DNA of 64,000 nucleotides from an uncultured Pseudomonadales bacterium (GCA_964404025.1 CAYOIJ010000001.1:22685-86684), one strand, 5' to 3'; counted from the stretch's first letter, positions 29,154 through 38,524 are shown. Notes: a model not told the origin generated them from the letters alone. Program-made: numbers and translations.

Positions 29154-29687
29154 ATGAAGATTTATGTGGGATTAGGTAATCCTGGGGAAAAATACCAAAA
29201 AACTCGTCACAATGCAGGCTTTATGTTTGTTGATACTATGGCTGAGGAGTTGGGCTTATCTTTTAAATTTGAAAAAAAATTTAACTCAGCATTAGCTGTA
29301 AAAAGAGATGATCTTTTTTTACTTAAGCCTCAAACTTTTATGAATAATTCTGGTCAGGCCCTAGGGGCGTTTTTAAATTATTTAAAAATTGACCTTAAAG
29401 ATTCACTTTCTGGTCCGGAAGATCTAGTTGTAGTTCATGATGACTTAGACTTAGCTTTAGGCACCTTTAAGTTGCAAAAAGCAGTTGGGCCTAAGGAACA
29501 CAATGGCTTACAATCAATCTATCAACATCTGGGAACTAAAGATTTCTGGCATTTGCGCTTGGGCGTGGACTCTAGACAAGGCCTGAGAAATATTCCTCCG
29601 GCAGACTATGTCTTGCAAACTATGCCACAACCTGAGCGTCAAATTTTTTATAAAACAGTAAAAGTGCTTTTGCAGGATTTGCTCTAG
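29154..29687 (+). CDS. pth: peptidyl-tRNA hydrolase
   Basis: VGLGNPG..Y..TRHNAG, KPQTFMN, HDDLD, HNG. Confidence 0.97.
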   Translation: MKIYVGLGNPGEKYQKTRHNAGFMFVDTMAEELGLSFKFEKKFNSALAVKRDDLFLLKPQTFMNNSGQALGAFLNYLKIDLKDSLSGPEDLVVVHDDLDLALGTFKLQKAVGPKEHNGLQSIYQHLGTKDFWHLRLGVDSRQGLRNIPPADYVLQTMPQPERQIFYKTVKVLLQDLL

Positions 29688-29708
29688 CTAGATTATACTT
29701 AACTATCG

Positions 29709-30941
29709 ATGAAGCTGCCCAAGTTATCTTTCCAGAAAAACCAGAACTTAAAACATCTTTATGTAATTCGTTTATTTCGTGAATTAGTCAATAAATTGGT
29801 AATGTTTTTTTTACCAATTTACTTTTTTAATTTACACTTACCTTTTTGGGATCAAATTAATTGGGCTTTAAATCAGCGTGGACAGAATGTATTAACTGCT
29901 TTGCAGATAGGTATTTTTAATATAGCCATTTTGCACCTTCTCTCACGTCTAGTAGCTTTTATCTCTGCTATTTGGGTAGCTCAGCAGACTATTAAGTTGG
30001 GAACTAAACACGCCTTTATTATGGGGCATATTTCATATGCCTTGTTTGTAGCTTTTTTATTTTTATCACAAAGCAATCCTTATTGGATATTTTTGGCAGT
30101 AATGATAGATGGTTTTCAAATAAATTATTTTTGGAATAGTTATCATTATTCTTTGAGTCGCAACAGTAATCATCACAAAATGGGTAGTAATTTAGGTATT
30201 ATTAATTTTTTACTTAATCTAGTGACAATGATTTCGCCAGCCATAGGAGGCTTGGTAATTTCTGTTTTGGGATACGGGAATTTATTTTTAATGGGTTTAC
30301 TATTGATCGGGGTGGGTTTGATTTTTACAATTTTATTGGACAACGTTAAAGTGAGAGATAAAATTTCTTGGGAGGAGTTCGCTTCTTGGATGAGTGAACC
30401 GGGCTTTAGACGCTTGGGTTTAACATTTGCTGGTCGTTATTTTAATGATGGGATGTTAAGTCTTTGGCCACTGTATATTTTTATTTTGTTAGGTACGAGC
30501 GCTAAAGTGGGCTCTCTGTATAGTTTTTCTTTATTAGTGGCAATGGGTATTAGTTACTTGGTTGGATCAGTAATAGATAAGCGTAAAAGTCGCAAACCCT
30601 TCATGATGTCAGCCAGTGTTTTATCCTTTTTTTGGATAATTAGGTCTTTCGTAGTGGGTTTTTGGTCAATTGTGATTGTTAATACCCTAGATCGTGTGGC
30701 GTCTAGCTTTCATTGGTTATTTTTTGATCGAGTGTGGATGGTGAGGGGCAAGGGTCGAGAAGGTCTTTCTTATTTTACTTATCGACAAATGATTAGTAGT
30801 GTGGCTGCAATTGTGTTTTGGTCTCTGGTTTTCTTCTTGTTTTATTTTTTTGGCAATGCCTGGACCAGTTTATTTGTGATAGCTGCAGTTGGTGTTCTAT
30901 TAACTTTGCTGGTCAAAGAGCATCAAGACCCTAAGTTTTAG
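29709..30941 (+). CDS. MFS transporter
   Basis: About 12 hydrophobic helices, SPAIGG, G.VIDK loop. Confidence 0.8.
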   Translation: MKLPKLSFQKNQNLKHLYVIRLFRELVNKLVMFFLPIYFFNLHLPFWDQINWALNQRGQNVLTALQIGIFNIAILHLLSRLVAFISAIWVAQQTIKLGTKHAFIMGHISYALFVAFLFLSQSNPYWIFLAVMIDGFQINYFWNSYHYSLSRNSNHHKMGSNLGIINFLLNLVTMISPAIGGLVISVLGYGNLFLMGLLLIGVGLIFTILLDNVKVRDKISWEEFASWMSEPGFRRLGLTFAGRYFNDGMLSLWPLYIFILLGTSAKVGSLYSFSLLVAMGISYLVGSVIDKRKSRKPFMMSASVLSFFWIIRSFVVGFWSIVIVNTLDRVASSFHWLFFDRVWMVRGKGREGLSYFTYRQMISSVAAIVFWSLVFFLFYFFGNAWTSLFVIAAVGVLLTLLVKEHQDPKF

Positions 30942-30953
30942 TTTAATCTTTAA

Positions 30954-32042
30954 TCAGTGTTGACGAGAACGAGCAAAATCTAAAATTTCCAGAAGCAGTT
31001 CTTGTAAATTTTTATTTTTCAACTGATTAATTAGGGTCTGCGCTTCCAGATTTAATTGATCCAAGAGTTGATTGACTTGTTTTAAGCTGTGGTTTTCAAA
31101 TAATTTTTGAATGGCTGAATATTGATTTTCTTTAATATTTTGTTTGGCAAAACAGTTGTTTAGTAATTCTCTTTCTTGTTTTCTGAGAGTTTTGTCTTTA
31201 ACCAGATAATAGTAAAAAATAGTTTTTTTGCCTTCTTTTACATCAGATAGGATTGGTTTGCCAGTCTTTTGATTATTGCCAAAAATGCCTAGATAATCGT
31301 CTCTAATTTGAAAGATAAGACCGATTTTTTCTCCAATTTCACTAAGTTGATTGCTGTCCTTAAATTTATTGGCGAGTTTTGCGGCGAGTATTAGGGGTAG
31401 AGAAAAACTGTAGCGAGCAGTTTTGTACAGATTCATTTCTAAGATTTGTTCCAGCGAAGGTAATGTTTCTTGCATTGCTAACTGACTATCAAGCATTTCA
31501 GCCAAAATTACTTGGCTAATTTCTCGATTAATCAAATTCTGAATGCCTAAAAACTGCTCTCTATTTAGTTTAATTTGTGAGTCTGAATTATTAGTGCTTT
31601 CCAAGACTAATTGATTGGCTAGAAAAAAACATATATTGCCTAAGCAAATTGCTTGGCTTTTTCCATAGTGTTGGTTTGGAGTTTGGTTTTGTTTAGAGTA
31701 ATATTGCCAGATAGAATCTTGTCCTCTTCGCTGCTGATCTTGATCAATAATATCATCATGAATCAACAATCCAGCCTGAATTAATTCAAGGGCGCTAGCC
31801 AAGGGCAATAAAATCTCTTCAAAGATTTTTTCTCTTTTTTGTGGTTCAAATATTTCATAAGCGAGGATGAACAAATTAGCTCTTGTCATTTTACCCAGCA
31901 CTACAAAGTTTTTTAGAGTTTCGAAGACATCATCATCCAAGCTTATTTTTTTTAATGCCTGTTTTTCTTGATCTAAAGATTTTTGAAGATAGTTGCTAAT
32001 ACTCGTTCTATATTTACTTAAAATGGACATCGATTTAGTCAT
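30954..32042 (-). CDS. polyprenyl diphosphate synthase (GGPP/FPP synthase family)
   Basis: GK..R, FARM LIHDDIIDQD..RRG, KTARY, SARM FQIRDD, D.KEGKKT. Confidence 0.93.
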   Translation of the reverse strand: MTKSMSILSKYRTSISNYLQKSLDQEKQALKKISLDDDVFETLKNFVVLGKMTRANLFILAYEIFEPQKREKIFEEILLPLASALELIQAGLLIHDDIIDQDQQRRGQDSIWQYYSKQNQTPNQHYGKSQAICLGNICFFLANQLVLESTNNSDSQIKLNREQFLGIQNLINREISQVILAEMLDSQLAMQETLPSLEQILEMNLYKTARYSFSLPLILAAKLANKFKDSNQLSEIGEKIGLIFQIRDDYLGIFGNNQKTGKPILSDVKEGKKTIFYYYLVKDKTLRKQERELLNNCFAKQNIKENQYSAIQKLFENHSLKQVNQLLDQLNLEAQTLINQLKNKNLQELLLEILDFARSRQH

Positions 32043-32119
32043 GTTAAGTATCATACTATGAAATTGCTAATTAAGTAATTTTGCGTGATTTCTTGAAAAA
32101 ATCCGACTAATAAATTGTT

Positions 32120-33016
32120 ATGGAGGTTCCAAGACATTGGCGTTTACAAAAAACTCGTTATGGCAATGGGGAGGGAGAGCTAAAATTTGCTGTCTGTCCA
32201 GTTTGTGGTGAAAAAATATTTCCACCAAACCGACCAATTTGCACTCGTTGCAGTTCTTCAATGACGGAGAACATTGTTTTTCAATCAGATGCTGTAGGAG
32301 TGGGCGCTTTAACCTTTGTAGCTACAGAAAAAGGGTTAAAGCTTCTATTTTTTGACGATGTTGATAGTAACCATTCAGATGATGAAAGTAGAAAAAAAGA
32401 AAGAATTATTTATCCTGAAAATCAAAATAAACTTGGCCAGAACCTAGCAGTTCAACGTCGGCTTAATAAGCAAGAAGATGTTTTTACTAGGCCAACTGGT
32501 ATCAACACGGTCACTGGTAGGGTAGAAAATGAGTCAGAACTCTTATTAGATTTTCTAGACGATAATGAAGACCTTGAGTCTTTAAGTTTTAAACAATTGC
32601 CACCAGCTTTTGTTAATGCTTTGTTTTTCAGCATGTTGCGAGAAATTGAAGAAGAAGTGCCGGGTCTATCATCGGCTGATTTAAGAGATAAGGTGCATTT
32701 TTTCTCTAAGTCTTCTTTTAGAATTGAACAAATTAGACCACTTGAAGGTTCTAATCAAGAGTTAGCACTTTATAATTTTGTAGTTTTTGTTTTAGCAATT
32801 TTAATTAATGAAGAAGAGTTAGCAAAAATTAAAAGGGAGGGCTGGCGACTTTATTCTCCAAAGGAATTATCAAGCATGGATAAAAAAGAATTTCGAAAAG
32901 CGACTTTGGCGGTTTTAGACTTTTTACCAGCAGCTTTATTATTTTTGGCAGAAGAAGGTAAAATTCCTCAAGAAGAGTTGGCAAGATTATTACCCCAACA
33001 AGTAGAAATTAATTAG
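32120..33016 (+). CDS. DUF35-type zinc-ribbon fused to a degenerate Nudix-like domain
   Basis: MEVPRHWRL..RY, CPVCGEKIFPP.R..C..C; then VGALTF..LKLLF, TG.VE and LREIEEEVPG. Confidence 0.6.
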   Translation: MEVPRHWRLQKTRYGNGEGELKFAVCPVCGEKIFPPNRPICTRCSSSMTENIVFQSDAVGVGALTFVATEKGLKLLFFDDVDSNHSDDESRKKERIIYPENQNKLGQNLAVQRRLNKQEDVFTRPTGINTVTGRVENESELLLDFLDDNEDLESLSFKQLPPAFVNALFFSMLREIEEEVPGLSSADLRDKVHFFSKSSFRIEQIRPLEGSNQELALYNFVVFVLAILINEEELAKIKREGWRLYSPKELSSMDKKEFRKATLAVLDFLPAALLFLAEEGKIPQEELARLLPQQVEIN

Positions 33017-33025
33017 AAAATATAA

Positions 33026-33826
33026 ATGAAAAAAAATCTTACTTTAATTAAGCTCGGTGGTTCAATTATTACTGATAAAGAAATTCCTATGTCTTTGAGA
33101 GGATCAATTCTTAAGCGCTTGGTCGGTGAAATTGCTAGCGCTAGACAAGAAAAACCTGATCAATTACTAATAATTGGTCATGGTCAGGGTAGTTTTGCCC
33201 ATGTTCCAGCTAGTCAATATAAAACAATGGCTGGATTTATCAATGATGAAAGTGTTTTGGGGATGGCTATTGTTCAAGATAGTGCTGCTTCACTCAATCG
33301 TTTAGTTGTTCATGAGTTTTTAAAACACGAGTTAGCAGCGGTTTCTTTTTATGCTAGCAATACAATTGTTACGAAAAAAAGAAAATTATTGAATTTTTGT
33401 GCTGATGCTATCGATCAATATTTACAAAAAGGCTTATTGCCAATTACTTGTGGAGACGTCTTAGTTGACAGTGACCAGGGTTGCACGATCTGGTCAACAG
33501 AAAAAATCTTAGCTTTTTTAGCTGATTATTTTTTAGAAAAAGGAATGCAAGTGAACAAGATTATCCATGTAACAGAAGTAGCTGGTTTTTTAGATAAACA
33601 AGGCCAGCTTGTACCAGAAATTACAGCCAGTACTTGGCCTCAAATCAGTAAAGATTTACGCCATACTAGAGGTTTTGATGTGACTGGGGGCATGGGTTTA
33701 AAAATTGAGAAGTCGCTGGATTTAGCAAAAAAAGGGATTGAGTCAGTAATAATTTCTGGAATGATGAAAGACAATTTATTTTGGGCACTCAGTGGTCAAG
33801 ACTGTGTTGGTACTACTATTCATTAA
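33026..33826 (+). CDS. ipk: isopentenyl phosphate kinase (archaeal type)
   Basis: LIKLGGSIITDK, HGQGSFAH (IPK His), GDV, STE, DVTGGMGLK. Confidence 0.9.
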   Translation: MKKNLTLIKLGGSIITDKEIPMSLRGSILKRLVGEIASARQEKPDQLLIIGHGQGSFAHVPASQYKTMAGFINDESVLGMAIVQDSAASLNRLVVHEFLKHELAAVSFYASNTIVTKKRKLLNFCADAIDQYLQKGLLPITCGDVLVDSDQGCTIWSTEKILAFLADYFLEKGMQVNKIIHVTEVAGFLDKQGQLVPEITASTWPQISKDLRHTRGFDVTGGMGLKIEKSLDLAKKGIESVIISGMMKDNLFWALSGQDCVGTTIH

Positions 33827-34286
33827 TTGTTGTTTTATCTTCATCTAAACTAGATTTTTCTTTTTCTAAATTTTTTTCAACAGATTTCTGTTGCCAATCA
33901 TCTACCACTGCTTTGCAGTAAATATATTGACCATATTCAAAAGCTTTTTCACCAAGTTTCTTTTCTTCTAATTCGTTTGTTTGGATGGATTCTGAAACAA
34001 ATTCTTGAGCGACTTTTCCAGCTTCTAGAGCTTTTTGTGCACTTATTTTAATTTGTTCTCCTGCGTCACCACTTAATTTATTTAATTGTAAATTTAATTC
34101 TTCTTGATTTTGAAAAGAATTTATAAAATCTTGCCAATTCTGGATTTTGCCTGATTGAAACTTTTCAATTTGAGCTTGAAGTGGATGGTTTTTGAGCAAG
34201 CCTTTTTGGTAAGCAAATGCGCTTAAGGCCAATAAGATTAAAATAATAATCAATAATTTTATTAGTTTAATAATTAGTTTGATCAT
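33816..34286 (-). CDS. hypothetical N-terminally anchored protein
   Basis: N-terminal TM, helical body, YIYC near C terminus. Confidence 0.65.
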   Translation of the reverse strand: MIKLIIKLIKLLIIILILLALSAFAYQKGLLKNHPLQAQIEKFQSGKIQNWQDFINSFQNQEELNLQLNKLSGDAGEQIKISAQKALEAGKVAQEFVSESIQTNELEEKKLGEKAFEYGQYIYCKAVVDDWQQKSVEKNLEKEKSSLDEDKTTINE

Positions 34287-34290
34287 AGGG

Positions 34291-34364
34291 TGCGTGTGCT
34301 AGGACTTGAACCTAGAACCGCCAAGGTATAAGCTTGGTGCTCTAACCAATTGAGCTACACACGC
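34291..34364 (-). tRNA. tRNA-Ile (anticodon UAU); CCA not encoded
   Basis: Cloverleaf GCGTGTG/CACACGC, D arm GCTC/GAGC, anticodon arm CCAAG-CTTATAC-CTTGG, T arm CTAGG-TTCAAGT-CCTAG, discriminator A. Confidence 0.93.
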
Positions 34365-34375
34365 GCTTGAAATGC

Positions 34376-34384
34376 ATTATAGCA
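34376..34384 (-). promoter_or_regulatory. extended -10 promoter for tRNA
   Basis: TGCTATAAT 11 nt upstream of the mature 5' end. Confidence 0.65.
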
Positions 34385-34405
34385 AAAAACCAAGGAAAAC
34401 TAACT

Positions 34406-35323
34406 TTACAAAAGTAGTAGTAGCAGTGCGCCAAAGCCAAGAACACCGAGTCCAGCTTTTAGGTAATTAAACCAATCGGCAAATCCTGATTCGGTTGGCA
34501 CAAGGGCTGGTCTCTCAATAACATTATTACCATCTGGCAAGCGACAGTTAACATCAGTTGGATTAACATCAAGACGACATAGTCCCTCATAACAAATGTG
34601 ACTGACATTGTCGCAGTCAGTATTTTCACTACAACTTTCATTACAACCAACAGTGGTAATTACTTGAGTTAAAACAGGAGTTGGCTCTTCTTTGGGAGGA
34701 GTAGTTACCGTAGTAGGTGTTGGAGTGGCAACTGGCTTATCGGTGGGAGTAGGTTCTGGAGTTTGAGTTGGGCTGGGAGTTCCTGTTGGTTCTGGAGTTG
34801 GAGTGAGTGTTAAAGATGGGGTTGGCGTGGTAGTTGGCTCAACACTAGGAGTGGGAGAGGGAGTAATGCTAATTGTTGGCTCCACACAGCAAGAGTCATA
34901 ATCACGCTGATTACGGCACTCATCAGTTTGTGAAGCTAAGCCACAAATACCAACTGCAATGGCCACTCCTTCATTTGGAGCGCCTTGTATACAAACATAA
35001 TCTTCTTGACAATCATTATCATCAGCGCAGCCACTTTCGGCACAGCTTAAGTTTAAAGGAACACTAAAGGTAGTGACACAAGATTCTTCTACAGGAATAT
35101 ATGCTTCTGGTTGAGATTGTGGGACGTTGGGAGCTACTGGTCCTGGTTCTAACTCTTGTTTGCGACTAATCAAAATAACACTAGCTGATCCCACGATAAA
35201 AAGTAGCAGAGTAAAAAACAATAGTACAGTTTTAAGTGGGTTTTTGCTCTTTTTTGTTTTAGAATCACCAGCACTCGGTGCTTTTGCATATTTGACTGGT
35301 TGGTAATTATTGTTTTTGTCCAT
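34406..35323 (-). CDS. Cys-rich, Pro/Thr-linker surface protein A
   Basis: N-terminal TM, Cys module, PT linker, 6-Cys module, PTESG plus hydrophobic C terminus. Confidence 0.8.
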   Translation of the reverse strand: MDKNNNYQPVKYAKAPSAGDSKTKKSKNPLKTVLLFFTLLLFIVGSASVILISRKQELEPGPVAPNVPQSQPEAYIPVEESCVTTFSVPLNLSCAESGCADDNDCQEDYVCIQGAPNEGVAIAVGICGLASQTDECRNQRDYDSCCVEPTISITPSPTPSVEPTTTPTPSLTLTPTPEPTGTPSPTQTPEPTPTDKPVATPTPTTVTTPPKEEPTPVLTQVITTVGCNESCSENTDCDNVSHICYEGLCRLDVNPTDVNCRLPDGNNVIERPALVPTESGFADWFNYLKAGLGVLGFGALLLLLL

Positions 35324-35334
35324 TTTCTTATTTT

Positions 35335-36417
35335 TTATTCCAAGCTTGCCTCTTTAATTTCTGGGTTGGTCCATTCTTGGCAAGAATCTAAGCCTGTACA
35401 TAAGCGACATTCAGCAATAAAATCCCCACCTTCTTTAATTAAATAATCCGCAGAAGTATTGGCAATACTAAGTCTTTCTTCAAGAAAGACTACTTCTCCG
35501 TTTGGTTCTAAGACAGCAAAATCAAAGCGCTCAATTAAGTCATCAGGATTTCCGCTAGATGCTAGTTTACCAGAACATCTAAACCTAATAATGCTAACTC
35601 CAGGTATAAATTCTTGATCTGCATCTCCGGTTAAAACTTGATTATTTTGATCTAGAATTTCAACTTTGCGACACATTGGAACAGGAGTGGGTGTTGGTCC
35701 AGTAGTGGGTGTTGGTCCAGTGGTTGGAGTGGGACCGGTAGTTGGAGTGGGTCCAGTGGTGGGTGTTGGTGTTGGAGGACGTGGAGTGTTAGTTGGTTGA
35801 GGCGTATTGCCACACTCTCTTAGCGAAGTTTCATAATGCTGACAGCTCGAGTTAACATTGCAGTAGGTGTTTGAGTTGTTAACAGCATCAATTTGCCAGC
35901 ATTGAGGGTAGTTTGAGCTTCTGGCTTTATTCAGTAGGGTACTACAGTTTCCAAACTCCCAATAAGAACTAGGGTCAGACTCAGAGCATTTTCCAGGAAC
36001 TAGAATACCTTTTGGACAGTTGATGAGCACACATTTACCCTCCCAAGTACCTGAAGTATTTCGACAAGAACTTCCATAATGATAGGAATTACAGCTAAAA
36101 CCAGAACTATAAGCTTGTTGTCTGGTGTCTTGACGCTGTTTCATTAAAATTAAACCCGCAGCACTACTAGCCAGTAGGAAGAAAAGCAAGACAATTGCTA
36201 GTATATTGGTTTTATTTTTAGTCAAGTTGTCTTGTGGATTTTTAGAGCCAGAATCTTTACTAATCAGATTAGGTGGGGTTTTTTCTGTTTTAACTTCATT
36301 TTTCTTATCAAAATTATTACGTCTATTCAGGAAAAAAGTATTAGATTCTAGCTTATCAGGCTGACTCGGTATTGTTTCATTGTGAACTGGTGAAAAACGA
36401 TTGCTAGTGTCAGTCAT
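35335..36417 (-). CDS. Cys-rich, Pro/Thr-linker surface protein B
   Basis: TM then QDTRQQA, Cys-rich domain, PTPTTG repeats, beta-rich C-terminal domain. Confidence 0.8.
   Translation of the reverse strand: MTDTSNRFSPVHNETIPSQPDKLESNTFFLNRRNNFDKKNEVKTEKTPPNLISKDSGSKNPQDNLTKNKTNILAIVLLFFLLASSAAGLILMKQRQDTRQQAYSSGFSCNSYHYGSSCRNTSGTWEGKCVLINCPKGILVPGKCSESDPSSYWEFGNCSTLLNKARSSNYPQCWQIDAVNNSNTYCNVNSSCQHYETSLRECGNTPQPTNTPRPPTPTPTTGPTPTTGPTPTTGPTPTTGPTPTPVPMCRKVEILDQNNQVLTGDADQEFIPGVSIIRFRCSGKLASSGNPDDLIERFDFAVLEPNGEVVFLEERLSIANTSADYLIKEGGDFIAECRLCTGLDSCQEWTNPEIKEASLE
35684..35772 (-). repeat. imperfect 18-bp coding tandem repeat (PTPTTG)n
   Basis: About 4-5 units, e.g. GGTGTTGGTCCAGTAGTG on + strand. 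Confidence 0.8.
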
Positions 36418-36522
36418 AAAAAGACTATGAATAAGGCATTACAAGTATTATCTTTAGATAAGCATACTCTATTTTTTGAGGCTTTAGCAAGAGTAATTTT
36501 TTATATTCCATTCTAGAATTAA

Positions 36523-37626
36523 CTAAAATAGAAGTAACAATAAGGTTCCAAGTCCTAGCGCACCCAAACCAATTTTAATGAAATTAAACCAATCAGCAAA
36601 ACCTGTTTCAGTTGGAATTTCTACTGCTCGCTCAATGATAGTACCACCATCTGGCAAGCGACAGTTAACATCAGTTGGGTAGACATCTAGACGACAAAAG
36701 CCTTCATAGCAAATATGGCTAATATTGGCACAATCAGCGTTTTCATTGCAACTTTCATTACAGCCAACAGTGGTAATTACTCTAGTTACGACTGGAGTTG
36801 GTTCTTCTGGTTTGTTAGTTGGCTGGATACTTGACGTGGGACTAGTAGTGGCTGTGGGTTCAGTGGTTGGGCCGGTGGTTGGCTCGGATGTTGGCCCAGT
36901 GGTTGGTCCGGTGGTAGGCTTAGTAGTTGGTTCGATTGTAGGTTCAGTGGTAGGTTCAGTGGTAGGTTCAGTGGTAGGTTCAGTAGTTGGTTCGATGGTG
37001 GGTTCAGTGGTTGGCTCGGATGTTGGCCCAGTGGTGGGTCCAGTGGTGGGTTTGGTGGTAGGCTCAGTGCTGGGTTTGGCTGTGGGTTGAGGAGAACTTT
37101 GACAATAATCTCCACCTCCTCCAGTACTAATACAAGTTCTTGGGCCACCATTTCCACCACAATTAGTAGTAATCCAACAATCGTGAGTATAGCACTTGGT
37201 ATACAAAAGATACCAATCCTTACAATAAGAACCTCCTTTGTTAGAACAACTACTAATCTGACTAGAGGTACAGATGATGTCCTGATAGGCAGCTTGTTGT
37301 CTCAGGTCTTGAGCTCTTTTAATTAAAAATAAAGAAGTTAAGGTGCCAATTACCAGTAATAAAAGTAAAATACCTAGCAAGATTGTTTTCTTTTGTTTAG
37401 GTGTTTTTTTTTGCTTGTTTTTTGTAGGTGCTTTACTTTTACCACTGTTGTTACCTGATTGAGATGTATTTACTGGATTTGTTTGAAGAATTGGGTTATT
37501 AGTAGAGGCATTTGTTGTTGAAGGCCCGTTAGGTCTAACCATCGGAGGCTCGCTAGGCTTGCTAGCTTGATTCTCATGAGGTTTTTGTTGGTATTTATTT
37601 GGTAAATATTTACTTAAGTCAGACAT
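36523..37626 (-). CDS. Cys-rich, Pro/Thr-linker surface protein C
   Basis: TM then QDLRQQA, Cys/Gly-rich domain, PTTE repeats, same C-terminal module as protein A. Confidence 0.8.
   Translation of the reverse strand: MSDLSKYLPNKYQQKPHENQASKPSEPPMVRPNGPSTTNASTNNPILQTNPVNTSQSGNNSGKSKAPTKNKQKKTPKQKKTILLGILLLLLVIGTLTSLFLIKRAQDLRQQAAYQDIICTSSQISSCSNKGGSYCKDWYLLYTKCYTHDCWITTNCGGNGGPRTCISTGGGGDYCQSSPQPTAKPSTEPTTKPTTGPTTGPTSEPTTEPTIEPTTEPTTEPTTEPTTEPTIEPTTKPTTGPTTGPTSEPTTGPTTEPTATTSPTSSIQPTNKPEEPTPVVTRVITTVGCNESCNENADCANISHICYEGFCRLDVYPTDVNCRLPDGGTIIERAVEIPTETGFADWFNFIKIGLGALGLGTLLLLLF
36850..37088 (-). repeat. imperfect 12-bp coding tandem repeat (PTTE/PTTG)n
   Basis: About 19-20 units, e.g. GGTTCAGTGGTA on + strand. 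Confidence 0.85.
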
Positions 37627-37756
37627 AGATTATTATATGTAATAAAACTACTTACACTCTAGTTTAATACACTGAGGCAATACTTGGCAAGCAGAAAAAC
37701 AAATCTCGATATATTTTGATCTATTAAAGGCAAATTGCTGATAAAATTTAATAAAT

Positions 37757-38401
37757 TTAAATCATTTTTAACAATTGATACCAAATTATTTGAAAAATTA
37801 AAAAATATTGTTGCCTTAAATTTAAAGAAAGAGTATCTTGTTCAAGTTTTTTCCAAGCTTGTAAGCTTGTGTGCCTTTCATTATCTAGCACCCACAAAGA
37901 AAAAAGACCTGGTTTTACTTGATGTCTCCACAAGCACCAATTAGGATCAATTTTTTTTAAAGCATTAGCTTCATTGACGGGTAGTGGTCTAGGACCGACT
38001 AAAGCCATTTGACCTTTTAAGACGTTAATTAATTGAGGAAGTTCATCAAGTCCGCTATGAGATAAAAACTTGCCAATTTTCAAAAAGCGAGGGTCGTCAC
38101 CAATTTTAAACATTGGTGTTGGGGCATAGTTTAAGTCAACAAGTTGTTGGTGGTTTTTAGAGCGAAGTGATTCAGCATTTTTAACCATAGTGCGTAATTT
38201 ATAAACGGTAAAAGTTTTTTTATATTGGCCCATTCTTTTTTGTTTAAAAATAATGGGACGACCAATTTTCCATAATAAAAATGGCCAAGTGATGATAGAT
38301 ATTGGTAATAAAATTATTATAAGTATTATTACTAAGACTAGGTCAACTGTTCTTTTAGATTGTTTGTTGAAACTAGGATGAAGGAAATTAATTTTTCTCA
38401 T
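37757..38401 (-). CDS. initiating phosphoglycosyl transferase (bacterial sugar transferase)
   Basis: KR.VD, F.Q.RMG, KLRTM, DDPR, LDELPQLINVLKG.M.LVGPRP, KPG. Confidence 0.93.
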   Translation of the reverse strand: MRKINFLHPSFNKQSKRTVDLVLVIILIIILLPISIITWPFLLWKIGRPIIFKQKRMGQYKKTFTVYKLRTMVKNAESLRSKNHQQLVDLNYAPTPMFKIGDDPRFLKIGKFLSHSGLDELPQLINVLKGQMALVGPRPLPVNEANALKKIDPNWCLWRHQVKPGLFSLWVLDNERHTSLQAWKKLEQDTLSLNLRQQYFLIFQIIWYQLLKMI

Positions 38402-38524
38402 CTTAAAGATTATCTAAAATAATATTTAATCATTCTATCGAAAAATTTAATTAAAGATAGTCTTAATGTTTTTTTATGTTATCATTTGAATGTTTTAAAA
38501 GGAAATGATTTTTTAGAAAATAGA

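Noticed and set aside
36543-36565. AGGTTCCAAGTCCTAGCGCACCC resembles the tRNA-Ile 3' half (possible att site)
   Set aside because: Inverted rather than direct relative to the tRNA, gapped, inside coding sequence (GALGLGT), and no integrase nearby
35684-37088. Tandem repeats as a possible CRISPR array
   Set aside because: No unique spacers, units are codon-multiple and coding, no cas genes
36725-37326. Val/Gly-rich and Pro/Leu-rich ORFs
   Set aside because: Antisense or off-frame shadows of the PTTE repeat and surface protein C
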